Shown: one piece after another, positions 29,891 to 38,857 of the stretch
Numbering within the stretch: position 1 is the stretch's first letter
Layout: the number at the start of each line of letters is the position of its first letter
Assembly (NCBI GenBank): GCA_025062245.1
Contig: JANXAD010000003.1
Coordinates: 16,476-80,475 of the forward strand
DNA length: 64,000 bases
Direction of reading: 5' to 3'
Source: Thermodesulfobacteriaceae bacterium
Lineage (GTDB): Bacteria > Desulfobacterota > Thermodesulfobacteria > Thermodesulfobacteriales > Thermodesulfobacteriaceae
Translations under genes and position numbers: made by a program
The notes under the pieces: model-generated
What the model saw: the letters and a program-made list of their open reading frames with translations, nothing else
Told to the model about the DNA's origin: nothing
Database searches by the model: none

Positions 29891-30427
29891 ATGAAATCCC
29901 ACTTTTTAAAGTTTATAGGTTTTTGTTTTTTAAATTTTTCCTTAACCTTTCCTCTTCAAGCTCAAATAAATTATCAAGTAGATGATGGCTTTCCTACAGA
30001 ATATTTAGAAAAAATTGTTAATTTAGCTACGGATATAAAAATTGATTTAGATATAGAAACTTCTTTAAATTTAGATATTCCCGTTAACGAGGTTAGTCAA
30101 GCAGTAATCGTCCAAATAGGAAATCAAAATCAAGCTTATCAAACTCAATATGGAATTTCTAATATAGCACTGATTTATCAAGAGGGAAATGAAAATTATG
30201 CCTTTCAAAAGCAAGAAGGAAATTATAATCAAGCTTATATTATTCAACAGGGTTTCAATAATTACGCTTATCAAGAACAGCTTTCAAATTATAATACAGC
30301 TATTGTTATTCAACTTGGTTCCAATAATCAAGCTTATCAGTATCAAGGACTTCACGGAGGGGTTGGTTATAAAAGCACTATTATTCAACAAGGAAACGGT
30401 AATGTGGCAACTATTTATCAATATTAG
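29891..30427 (+). CDS. csgB: Curlin minor/nucleator candidate (CsgB-like)
   Basis: Signal peptide ending LQA, then about nine curlin half-repeats (QIGNQNQAYQTQ, EGNENYAFQKQ, QGFNNYAYQEQ, LGSNNQAYQYQ, QGNGNVATIYQ). Confidence 0.75.
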   Translation: MKSHFLKFIGFCFLNFSLTFPLQAQINYQVDDGFPTEYLEKIVNLATDIKIDLDIETSLNLDIPVNEVSQAVIVQIGNQNQAYQTQYGISNIALIYQEGNENYAFQKQEGNYNQAYIIQQGFNNYAYQEQLSNYNTAIVIQLGSNNQAYQYQGLHGGVGYKSTIIQQGNGNVATIYQY

Positions 30428-30435
30428 GAGAAAAG

Positions 30436-30828
30436 ATGAAGTGGATGTTTTTAGGTTTTTTTCTTATTCTTTTAATTTATTCCCTCTCTATAATAGAGGG
30501 TAAAACTATTGAAGACTTTCCTGTAGAAATAAATTTGGCAGTAGAAAGAGAAAAGGGATTTTTGAAGGTTTATACCGATTGTCATAATCTTTCCTCCGAG
30601 AAAAGGGAATTTAAGATAATAATTAAAATTGAAAAAACTGGAAAAACAGGTAAATCAAGCATGTTACAGAGTAAAAAAGTTAAACTTTTACCTCAAGAAA
30701 GATCTAGACCTGTGATAGCCTTTTTAGGTGTAAAAAGAGAGGACTTTTACCTTATAGAGTGCCAAATTTTTGACGAAAAAAAGAGACTCGTTTTTTATAA
30801 AATTTTAACTTCTCAGGCTAATTCATGA
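30436..30828 (+). CDS. csgH: CsgH-like curli accessory chaperone
   Basis: Signal peptide, K-x-G-x-x-G-x-S-x-x-x-Q motif (KTGKTGKSSMLQ), two Cys; lies between the curlins and csgE. Confidence 0.6.
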   Translation: MKWMFLGFFLILLIYSLSIIEGKTIEDFPVEINLAVEREKGFLKVYTDCHNLSSEKREFKIIIKIEKTGKTGKSSMLQSKKVKLLPQERSRPVIAFLGVKREDFYLIECQIFDEKKRLVFYKILTSQANS

Positions 30829-31259
30829 AGTATGTATTTTTTTTAATTTTAAAATCTTTTTTAATTTTTTTATTTCTTTTTAAATTAGGATTTTCTCAAG
30901 AAGTAAGGGAGGATATTAAAAAGGAGGAGGCTAAAAAGGAACCTCTCCTTTTAGGCTTTATTTTAGATAAAACTAAGACCAAGATAGGAAGGGATTTTTA
31001 CGATGCTTTTGTGAACCTATGGGAATTTCCTTTAGGAACAGAAAATTTAAATATTATTATAGATGAACAAACAGACCCCCGCTTAGGAACTCAAATTTTT
31101 GTATATGTGGAAGACACTTTAGTTTATCATACGATCCTTAAACCTCGTTTAGAGGATATAGATGCTAAAGCTGAAGAGGCTATTCAAGTGGTTTTTAATT
31201 ACTTTATGAATTATCTTAAGTATCAAAAATACTTGGAAGAAGAATCAAAGTTTATGTAG
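30825..31259 (+). CDS. csgE: Curli assembly protein CsgE
   Basis: GFILDKTKTKIGRDFYDAF..W, IIIDEQ.DPRLGTQI, LKPR. Confidence 0.88.
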   Translation: MKYVFFLILKSFLIFLFLFKLGFSQEVREDIKKEEAKKEPLLLGFILDKTKTKIGRDFYDAFVNLWEFPLGTENLNIIIDEQTDPRLGTQIFVYVEDTLVYHTILKPRLEDIDAKAEEAIQVVFNYFMNYLKYQKYLEEESKFM

Positions 31260-31270
31260 GAGGGAAAGGT

Positions 31271-31702
31271 ATGAAGGATATTAAATTTGGGATAGCTTTT
31301 TTGATTTTGGTTTTTGGTTTTTATTCTCTATCTAAAGCTTCGGAGTTAACTTTTCAGTTCACCAATCCTTCTTTCGGAGGAAATCCTCTTTACAGTTCCT
31401 TTTATCTTCAAAGTGCTCAAATGCAAAACATTTTCACTAAAAAAGCCTCTTCTCTTTACAAACCCAAATCCCTTATTGAGCGTTTTACCGAAAGTTTTAC
31501 CAATCAACTTCTTTATAGGATGTCAGATTATATATTAGATCAGCTTTTTGGAGAGGATAATCAACTACCTGATAGACCTATGACCTATACTATAGGTAAC
31601 TTTAAAATAGAATACGACCCTACAGGAGAAAACTATGTTTTTACTGTAACCGACCTTTCTACAGGCCAAACTACTACCTTAGAAGTTCCCAAGGTTATGT
31701 AG
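31271..31702 (+). CDS. csgF: Curli assembly protein CsgF
   Basis: SELTFQFTNPSFGGNP....LQSAQMQN; C-terminal TG.TTTLEVP. Confidence 0.92.
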   Translation: MKDIKFGIAFLILVFGFYSLSKASELTFQFTNPSFGGNPLYSSFYLQSAQMQNIFTKKASSLYKPKSLIERFTESFTNQLLYRMSDYILDQLFGEDNQLPDRPMTYTIGNFKIEYDPTGENYVFTVTDLSTGQTTTLEVPKVM

Positions 31703-31735
31703 AAAAGTAGAAAAATTTTTAAAAAGGGGGATAGG

Positions 31736-32647
31736 ATGAAAAGTAAGATAAGATATGGAGGAATTTTTTTAGCTTTAGCCTTAGCTTTAGGAGGATGTGC
31801 TGGTCCTGTTTATTCTCCCTTTTATGAAAAGGCTATGAGTGGAACAGAGTATATAACCTCTGTTCATAAGGACTTAATAAGTTTACCTCCACCTGAAAAG
31901 CAAGTTCCAGTTGCAGTCTATAAATTTAGAGATCAAACAGGACAGTATAAACCGCCGACCACTTCTACTAATTTTTCAACAGCTGTGACTCAGGGAGCTA
32001 CAGCTATTCTTATTAAAGCCTTAGAGGATAGCGGTTGGTTTATACCTGTGGAAAGGGAAAATTTGGCTAATCTTCTTCAAGAAAGAAAAATCATTTTACA
32101 GATGGGGCAACAGTATGCGGATGAAAAATTAAAAGAAGCTACCAGTAAAATTTTACAACCTTTGATTTATGCAGGAGTTATTTTAGAGGGTGGAGTAATT
32201 GGTTACGATACTAATATTGTTTCCGGAGGATTTGGAGCTAAGTATTTTGGAGCCGGGGGTGCTGCTCAATATAGGGTTGACAGAGTTACGGTATACTTAA
32301 GAGCTGTTTCGGTAAAAAATGGAGCCATACTTAAAACGGTTCAAGCCACTAAAGTTATTCTTTCCCAACAGCTTTCAGCAGGATTTTTTAGGTTTGTGAG
32401 ACTTAATCGACTTCTGGAAATTGAAGCTGGAATTGCCTCCAATGAACCTGTAGAAATGGCAGTGCAAGAGGCTATCGAGAAAGCGGTTCACGATCTTATT
32501 ATAGAGGGTGTTAAAATTGGTATGTGGAAACCTAAGGAACCTGAAGTTTTTAAGGCTGTAGTGGAAAAATATGAAAGGGAAAGAAAGGAAGCTTTAAAAA
32601 GATTAAAACAAATGGGTGAAAGTTCTTTCTGGGGTGAAGTTTCTTAA
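31736..32647 (+). CDS. csgG: Curli secretion channel lipoprotein CsgG
   Basis: Lipobox LGGC, VAVYKFRDQTGQYKP, FSTAVTQGA..ILIKALEDSGWF.PVERE.L.NLLQER.I. Confidence 0.96.
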   Translation: MKSKIRYGGIFLALALALGGCAGPVYSPFYEKAMSGTEYITSVHKDLISLPPPEKQVPVAVYKFRDQTGQYKPPTTSTNFSTAVTQGATAILIKALEDSGWFIPVERENLANLLQERKIILQMGQQYADEKLKEATSKILQPLIYAGVILEGGVIGYDTNIVSGGFGAKYFGAGGAAQYRVDRVTVYLRAVSVKNGAILKTVQATKVILSQQLSAGFFRFVRLNRLLEIEAGIASNEPVEMAVQEAIEKAVHDLIIEGVKIGMWKPKEPEVFKAVVEKYERERKEALKRLKQMGESSFWGEVS

Positions 32648-33099
32648 AAAATTTTTTTTATTCTAAAGGTTTGAATAAAAATAAAATTCAAAAACTTCTT
32701 GCCGAAAAGAAGCTCGAAATACAAACAGAGAAATTATATCTCCTATTTAGATCACTCCCCATTTTTAAGATACTTTAAATTTTAAGATAAAAATAACTTT
32801 TACCGTAGATCAAACCATTTTTTAGTTTTGCTTTAAGTTGAAGTATTTTAATAAAATAAATTTTTTGTGGCTTCCGCTTGAAAATATTTTTAAGAAATTT
32901 TCCTTTACATCTTCAACTTTTTATACCTTCAGAAAGACTAAGAAACCTCAGCAAGAGTCCATAAGGTAAAAGAGAAAAAATTTTTATTTATAACTTTCCT
33001 TATTTTTCTGATAGTATGAACAACTTATGAAGCCTTTTTAATCAAGCCCTTTCCCTTAAAAAAGACTCAGAGATTAAGTATAACTAATCGTTGGAATTC

Positions 33100-33128
33100 T
33101 TGACATATACTAATCTGGTATTAGATTA
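33100..33128 (+). promoter_or_regulatory. Putative promoter overlapped by an inverted repeat
   Basis: TTGACA at 33100, TAGATT at 33122; TAATCT-N6-AGATTA palindrome at 33111-33128. Confidence 0.5.
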
Positions 33129-33133
33129 AAAAT

Positions 33134-33853
33134 ATGCATCGTGAAGCTCAGAAAAGTTATGTTATTCATAATTATTATGACCTTATTCGAGCTTTAAAGG
33201 AAAATCCTGAATGGTTAGAGGAATTAAGAAAGTTAATCTTAACTCATGATTTACTTGAGCTTCCCAAAAAATTTGAGGAATTTCTAGAAAAGGAATTTAG
33301 ACCTTTGAAAAGTGATGTAGAAACTTTAAAAAGTGATGTAGAGATTTTAAAAAGCGATGTAAAAACTTTGAAAAGTGATGTAGAAACTTTAAAAAGGGAT
33401 GTAGAGATTCTTAAAAGGGATGTGGGGGTTTTAAAAGTGGATGTAGCCAACCTTAAGGGAGACAATTTTGAAAGAAAGGTTAGAGAAAGGGCTCCTGCCT
33501 TTTTTGGAAAACATTTCAAAAAAGTGAAAGTTATTCCTATTGAAGAATGGGCAGATAAATTAGATGAGACTCAAGAAGCTGGAATAATTTCTTCTGAAGA
33601 AAGAAAGGAAGCCTTAAATTTAGACCTTCTAATTAGATGTAAAAGGTGGGAAGACACGGAGGAAATCCTTTTGGCAGTTGAGGCCTCTTACACCGCAGAT
33701 GATAAAGATGCAGTAAGGGCTCTGAAAAGAGCAGAGATTTTCTTTAAAGTTTATCAAATAAAAACCATTCCTGTGGTAATCGCTAAGGAACTCTCTCCTG
33801 TCTTAGAAGAGAAATATCCTGAAGTTCTTTTTATCAGAGTTGAGGCAGAATAA
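33134..33853 (+). CDS. Heptad-repeat coiled-coil protein with a C-terminal restriction-endonuclease-like domain (family common in thermophiles)
   Basis: DLIRALKENPEWLEELRKLIL..DLLELP N-terminus, LKSDVET-type heptads, C-terminal DLL...LAVEAS..AD..DA.RA..RA. Confidence 0.6.
   Translation: MHREAQKSYVIHNYYDLIRALKENPEWLEELRKLILTHDLLELPKKFEEFLEKEFRPLKSDVETLKSDVEILKSDVKTLKSDVETLKRDVEILKRDVGVLKVDVANLKGDNFERKVRERAPAFFGKHFKKVKVIPIEEWADKLDETQEAGIISSEERKEALNLDLLIRCKRWEDTEEILLAVEASYTADDKDAVRALKRAEIFFKVYQIKTIPVVIAKELSPVLEEKYPEVLFIRVEAE
33305..33463 (+). repeat. 21-bp tandem repeat (~7.5 units) coding LKSDVET/LKRDVEI heptads
   Basis: Units such as TTGAAAAGTGATGTAGAAACT and TTAAAAAGTGATGTAGAGATT. Confidence 0.92.
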
Positions 33854-33858
33854 ATAAC

Positions 33859-34689
33859 CTATTGGTTACTGGGCTGACAAACATTACCCTGTCTTATAAT
33901 AATTACTTTACAATTTTTATCAGTATCATAGGCTATTAGTTCTGTAAAAGTAAAATTCCCACAAAGATTGTGGCAGTTAGAACCACCATAGGTTTCTATA
34001 TAATCAGCTTGATTAAGAGAAATAAAGGTTCCTGAAGTACAAGTTCCTCCGCTTTTCCTGTAAGAATTAATATTTTGATCTAAGGTTACACCTAAGGAAG
34101 AACAATAACCTGGAGCTGCATAATTACATCTTTGCTTTTGAAGTTCAAAAAGAGAAACATATTCCACAAGGTCATCGTATCTTTCTTGTCTGGTAAAGTC
34201 GTAAGGAAAATCGTCAATATTCGGGGTATCCTGTAGGTAAAGGGTTAAGTTGGTTTGGATATTATAATTGAGTCCTCCACTTATTATCATAAAAGCAAGA
34301 TTACTTTTAAATTGACCTTGGTCTGTTATAGAAAAATTGGTGCTATTTAAGCTACAAAGGTCAGTAGAATTTTGAATTAAATTTCCGGAAACTCTATAAA
34401 GTAAAGCCTTCCCCCAAGCATCAAAGCCTCTAACTCCCACAGTATTAAAAGCAGGATCTGGAGAGGTAGCATTATAAACAGTTTCATTTCTTGCAGAAGG
34501 AAGGTAACCAAATCTTATGGCGTAACCCTTTAAAGCTTCCACAGCCTTTCTAACTTCTTCTTTACTTTCTGTATACTTTACCCTTTTAGTGAGAACCCCG
34601 ATTAAACTTGCTCCCAGCCCAAGAAGAAGTCCAATCACTACCAGAATGATAGCCACTTCAACCAGGGTAAAAGCTCGAAAACCTTTCAT
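33859..34689 (-). CDS. Type IV prepilin-like protein with a Cys-rich C-terminal domain (minor pilin/pseudopilin)
   Basis: MKGFRA|FTLVEVAIILVVIGLLLG (class III signal, Glu5); seven Cys in the last ~90 aa. Confidence 0.85.
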   Translation of the reverse strand: MKGFRAFTLVEVAIILVVIGLLLGLGASLIGVLTKRVKYTESKEEVRKAVEALKGYAIRFGYLPSARNETVYNATSPDPAFNTVGVRGFDAWGKALLYRVSGNLIQNSTDLCSLNSTNFSITDQGQFKSNLAFMIISGGLNYNIQTNLTLYLQDTPNIDDFPYDFTRQERYDDLVEYVSLFELQKQRCNYAAPGYCSSLGVTLDQNINSYRKSGGTCTSGTFISLNQADYIETYGGSNCHNLCGNFTFTELIAYDTDKNCKVIIIRQGNVCQPSNQ

Positions 34690-34702
34690 ATTTTTAAAAA
34701 TT

Positions 34703-34735
34703 AGGGAGAGACAGGAAAACTCTTGGTCTCTCCCT
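34703..34735 (-). terminator. 10-bp stem-loop between the two prepilin genes
   Basis: AGGGAGAGAC...GTCTCTCCCT inverted repeat. Confidence 0.7.
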
Positions 34736-34743
34736 TTAAAAGA

Positions 34744-35337
34744 TTAAAGCCTAATATAAAGGTCATGAACTGTATTAGGATTAGTTACATAATCTGAACC
34801 ACCTCTTATAGAACCGGTATTATAGACTCCATCATCATATTGTTGATCAAGACTGGCACAGACATCTCCTGGGACATTATCAAATCCAATCCATTGGGTG
34901 GTCAAACCTTGAACAGTAGCATATCCAATTCCTACACTACCTCCATAGGGATTTCTCGGGGCTATTCTTCCATTAGTATTATCAGTTGCGCCTGTTAGGA
35001 TGTTTGCAAGTCTTAAATGTTGCCATGCTATACAAGTTTCTCCAGTTGCACCAGCTCCACAACTTATAGTAAAACCACCAATTAGTCCATCTCCATTTCC
35101 ATTACCTGGGTTTATGGTAGGCCAACGGGTATTGGCATTAGGATCATCTCCCGGAAAAGCATTATACTTATCATAATAGGTGTAAACCGCTGCTAAAATT
35201 TCTCGGTACTGATTATAAAGCCTTTTCATCTTAGCATTGTTAATTAACTCCTGTCCCTTTAAAATAGCTCCTAAGATTAAACCAATAATTACCAAAACGA
35301 TAGCTAATTCAACCAAAGTAAACCCTCCTCGCCTCAT
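34744..35337 (-). CDS. Type IV prepilin-like protein (probable major pilin/pseudopilin)
   Basis: MRRGG|FTLVELAIVLVIIGLILGAILKGQELI. Confidence 0.9.
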   Translation of the reverse strand: MRRGGFTLVELAIVLVIIGLILGAILKGQELINNAKMKRLYNQYREILAAVYTYYDKYNAFPGDDPNANTRWPTINPGNGNGDGLIGGFTISCGAGATGETCIAWQHLRLANILTGATDNTNGRIAPRNPYGGSVGIGYATVQGLTTQWIGFDNVPGDVCASLDQQYDDGVYNTGSIRGGSDYVTNPNTVHDLYIRL

Positions 35338-35560
35338 CTTACTCCTCCCTTTAATTTTAAATTATTAACTTTTTAAAAAAGTTTAATTTTTAATTATAAA
35401 AAGATTAATTATAAAAAAATAATTGTCAAGCCTTTTAAAAGACTATTTGAAAAAATCTATCCCAAAAGATAGGTAATGCTTATACCCCTTCGATAGAGAT
35501 AATTTTTATTCTTTAATCTTCCATGCTCAAGAGTTTCACTAAATAGAATACACTTCCTTA

Positions 35561-37210
35561 CTAAGGAATAAGATATTTTTGTCTTTCTTTGGAAACCCAC
35601 CACCTTTCTATGTTATAACTGAGACCTATAGGGGCTGGCTTTATTCCTTGAAATCTTTTATGTATAGCCTCTAAATTTACAGGTATATAAAGAAAGGTAT
35701 AAGGTTGCTCATCAGCCAGTATTTCTTGAACCTTAAAATAAATTCTCTTTCTCTTTTCTTGATCCAAAGTATATCTTCCTTCCTCTAAGAGTTTATCTAA
35801 GAATGGGTTTGAATAACTTACAAAATTTAATCCAGGAGATTTTATTTTGGAAGAGTGAAAGATATCGTAAAGATCTGGATCAGGACCTGTTGACCATCCA
35901 AGTATTACCGCTTCAAATCTACGGGTATCAATAAATTGATGAATAAGGGTAGTCCATTCCATCACTCTGATGTTGACTTTAATTCCTATTTTAGATAATT
36001 GTCTTTGAATAATTTGAGCAGCTAACATCCTGGCAAGGTTTCCTTGATTTACTAAAAGAGTAAATTCCAAGGGAATTCCGTCCTTTTCAAGCCATCCCTT
36101 TTGACCCCAATAAAATCCTACTTCTTTTAAAAGTTCTAAAGCCTTTTGAGGATTATATTCACAACTTTTCTCTATTTCTTTATTATAAAACCAAGTATCT
36201 GGTTTATAGGGTCCGTAAGCAGGAAGTCCCTCTCCTAAAAGAGCTCCCTTTACTATTTCTTTCTTATCAATGGCATGACAAAGAGCCTTTCTCACCCTTT
36301 TATCCCTGAAAAAGGGGTGATTTAGATTATACCCAAGATAGGTAAAAGAAAAAGATGAATATCTATAAATCTCAAAATTTTCAGCTAAATCTTTTTCTTT
36401 TTGGATTTTAAAGTATTGAAGAGGAGTTAAAGCTATTCGGTCTACCCCTCCAGATTTCAATTCCATAAAAAGGGTTGAGGGATCTGGAATTATTCTATAG
36501 ATTAGATAATTCAGATAGGGTCTTCCCTCATAGTATAGAGGATTGTATTTTAAAACTATTTCTTGTTGAGTTTTCCATCTTTCAAGAAGAAAAGGACCGT
36601 TTCCTACAGGTTTCCTTCCAAAGACATTTTTAAAATAATCCAGACTTTGATTTTCTAAAAGATGTTTAGGAAGGACCACTAAGTTGCCCCAAGAGGGAAG
36701 AGCAGGGGCAAAGGGACGATGATAGGTTACTTTAAAAGTGTAGGGATTAAGAATTTTAAATTCCTTTACCTCTAAAAAATCACTCACATAAGGGGAAGGA
36801 ATTTGATTAGAAGTTATAAGTTTATACCCAAAAAAAATATCTTCAGCAGTTACTTCCTTTCCATCAGCCCACTTAACTCCCTTTTTAAGATAAAAAGTGA
36901 TTGATTTCTGATTCGGAGAAATCTCAAATTTTTCTGCTAAGTCTCCTATTATTTTTAGGTCTGGACTATATTTCACTACACCTAAAAAGAGGTGACTACT
37001 TATAGTATGACTGGTTAAATCGGTAGCTATCATAGGAATTAAGATGCTCGCATCTGCTATAGTCCCTATAACTAAAGCATCTCCGTAATCTGGACTCGAA
37101 TTCTCCTTAGAGAATTCACCCTTTAAAAAAGAAATTCTAAAAAGGAATCCAAATAGGAAAAATAATGCCAAAAAGATTAAACCTTTAAAAAGGTAAATCT
37201 TCTTCATCAA
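35561..37210 (-). CDS. Peptide ABC transporter substrate-binding protein (OppA/DppA family 5)
   Basis: GDLAEKFEIS..ITFYLKKGVKWADGKEVTAEDI, PVGNGPFLLERW, RVRKALCHAIDK. Confidence 0.92.
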   Translation of the reverse strand: MMKKIYLFKGLIFLALFFLFGFLFRISFLKGEFSKENSSPDYGDALVIGTIADASILIPMIATDLTSHTISSHLFLGVVKYSPDLKIIGDLAEKFEISPNQKSITFYLKKGVKWADGKEVTAEDIFFGYKLITSNQIPSPYVSDFLEVKEFKILNPYTFKVTYHRPFAPALPSWGNLVVLPKHLLENQSLDYFKNVFGRKPVGNGPFLLERWKTQQEIVLKYNPLYYEGRPYLNYLIYRIIPDPSTLFMELKSGGVDRIALTPLQYFKIQKEKDLAENFEIYRYSSFSFTYLGYNLNHPFFRDKRVRKALCHAIDKKEIVKGALLGEGLPAYGPYKPDTWFYNKEIEKSCEYNPQKALELLKEVGFYWGQKGWLEKDGIPLEFTLLVNQGNLARMLAAQIIQRQLSKIGIKVNIRVMEWTTLIHQFIDTRRFEAVILGWSTGPDPDLYDIFHSSKIKSPGLNFVSYSNPFLDKLLEEGRYTLDQEKRKRIYFKVQEILADEQPYTFLYIPVNLEAIHKRFQGIKPAPIGLSYNIERWWVSKERQKYLIP

Positions 37211-37607
37211 AAGGGGGTTCTTCTGCTAACTGGGAAGGGGAAAAATCTTCTTTAAGAGAGGTATTTTCAGAGGGAAAAGACTTTTTATTATCTAAAATTT
37301 GTAAATTTTGAGCTACAATTTCCGTTACGTATTTTATATTTCCCTGTTTATCTTCAAATTTTCGAGTTCTTAATTTACCTTCTACATAAATTCTCGTTCC
37401 TTTATTTAAGTATTCTCCGCATATTTCAGCTAATCTTCCAAAGGCTACAATTCTGTGCCATTCAGTTAGAACTTCCTTTTCTCCATCTTTGATAATCACT
37501 TCATTAGTGGCTATTCTGAAGACGGCTACAGGTTTTCCATCTAAGGTATATCTAATTTCTGGATCTGCTCCTAATCTTCCAAGAAGGAGTACTTTATTGA
37601 CACTCAT
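37185..37607 (-). CDS. ssb: Single-stranded DNA-binding protein
   Basis: MSVNKVLLLGRLGADPEIRY, TEWHRIV.FGRLAE, acidic tail DEEDLPF. Start moved to 37607 because the track's longer ORF runs into the tRNA. Confidence 0.96.
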   Translation of the reverse strand: MSVNKVLLLGRLGADPEIRYTLDGKPVAVFRIATNEVIIKDGEKEVLTEWHRIVAFGRLAEICGEYLNKGTRIYVEGKLRTRKFEDKQGNIKYVTEIVAQNLQILDNKKSFPSENTSLKEDFSPSQLAEEPPFDEEDLPF

Positions 37608-37618
37608 ATTTTGACTCC

Positions 37619-37694
37619 TGGGGAGGTCGACGGGACTCGAACCCGCAACACCCGGGGCCACAGCCCGGTGCTCTACCTTTGAGCTACGACCTCC
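37619..37694 (-). tRNA. tRNA-His (GUG) with encoded G-1 and CCA
   Basis: GGAGGTCGTAGCTCAAAGGTAGAGCACCGGGCTGTGGCCCCGGGTGTTGCGGGTTCGAGTCCCGTCGACCTCCCCA: acceptor GAGGTCG/CGACCTC, anticodon stem CCGGG/CCCGG, loop CT-GTG-GC, T-loop GTTCGA. Confidence 0.97.
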
Positions 37695-38291
37695 GTTTTT
37701 AATAAAATTTTAATCTATCTTTCCTTTTTTTCAATAAGGTGTATAAGTCCATAGAATTTAGGACTGTGTGTTATTTTTTAATAAATTATTCATCATACCA
37801 TCTTAAAGATGACTTATGATCTAAGTCATAGGGCCCCTTCTCTCCATTACACCCTATCAAATCATAAATTAATTCTTTGTCTTAAGGCTTCTAGATCTTT
37901 AAAAAACTTTTCCTTCCTATACTTTATAAAATCTTCCTCCAAGCTTCCTTTTAACTTTTCACCCAACTTTCCCCCTTGGGATGCTCTTTTTATTCAGTGC
38001 CATATTTATCGTGAAACTTTATTAATCTTAAGCCTAAAAAACTCTTCTCTTAAGGATGCTCTTTTTTATAAAGTTTAGCCTTTCTAACCTTTTAGCATCT
38101 TTAGTAAGATTAGGAGAGATAGAAAAACACGAATAGATTCTTCCTTAGGGATAATTTTTTATTTTTTATTTTACCGAAAGAAATCGAACTTATACATTTT
38201 TAAAGGAATTACCCTTTATAAGCGTTGTTATACTTCTTATTATTCTTAGTTCATCCTGCTAAAATTATTTTTCTTAATTCCACTACTTGCC

Positions 38292-38321
38292 TTGAAATAG
38301 ATGCTAAGTCAAAGGTATAAT
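38292..38321 (+). promoter_or_regulatory. Putative sigma70 promoter about 165 nt upstream of rpsO
   Basis: TTGAAA (38292) - 18 bp - TATAAT (38316). Confidence 0.5.
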
Positions 38322-38489
38322 CTGATTTTTCTTGTGGTAAAAGATTGCCCCCCTTCTTCGATAGTTAAGGCTAAACAAAAATGCCTATAAATAGAAAAAC
38401 TCAGAGATTTTAGGGTTGCTTTTTACAGAACTTAAATTATATTTAGTTGAAATTTGGAAAGTTATATCAGTAAGGAGGTTTTTAGGAAT

Positions 38490-38759
38490 ATGGCTTTAGA
38501 TCCTGAAATAAAGCAAACTCTTATTGAGAAGTTCAGAAGACATCCTAAGGATACGGGTTCTTCCGAGGTTCAAATAGCTTTATTAACTGTAAGAATTAAA
38601 ACCTTAGAGGAGCACCTAAAAACTCATAAAAAAGACTTTCACTCTCGAAGGGGTTTAATGAAATTAATAGGTCAAAGAAGAGCCCTTCTGAATTATCTTA
38701 GAAGAAAGGATTTTTCCAGATATCAAAATCTTTTGAAAGAATTAGGTCTCAAAAAGTAA
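38490..38759 (+). CDS. rpsO: 30S ribosomal protein S15
   Basis: [33 protein letters not shown] 38490 after AAGGAGGT gives 89 aa. Confidence 0.97.
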   Translation: MALDPEIKQTLIEKFRRHPKDTGSSEVQIALLTVRIKTLEEHLKTHKKDFHSRRGLMKLIGQRRALLNYLRRKDFSRYQNLLKELGLKK

Positions 38760-38800
38760 TAAAATTAATAAAAATCTCAACCATAAGTTAGAGTTTACTC

Positions 38801-38829
38801 TTGACAAAATTTAGGAAATCCTTTATAAA
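38801..38829 (+). promoter_or_regulatory. Sigma70 promoter for the HU gene
   Basis: TTGACA - 17 bp - TATAAA. Confidence 0.65.
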
Positions 38830-38857
38830 AATTTTGAAAAATTAGTTTTTATAGGAG

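Noticed and set aside
32648-33099. 450-bp gap after csgG with short coding-like stretches on the minus strand
   Set aside because: Multiple stops and no identifiable family or repeat; probably a relic plus promoter DNA.
37185-37661. Extended ssb N-terminus (MAPGVAGSSPVDLP...)
   Set aside because: The extension is the tRNA-His sequence read as codons; the true start is 37607. Track starts for radA (20861), rpsO (38454) and znuB (61176) were shortened for similar reasons.
37700-38250. 89-aa ORF at 37809 and a possible integrated element next to tRNA-His
   Set aside because: The ORF has antisense-like composition; minus-strand fragments look like a broken gene; no integrase or duplicated tRNA 3' end (att site) was found in the window.
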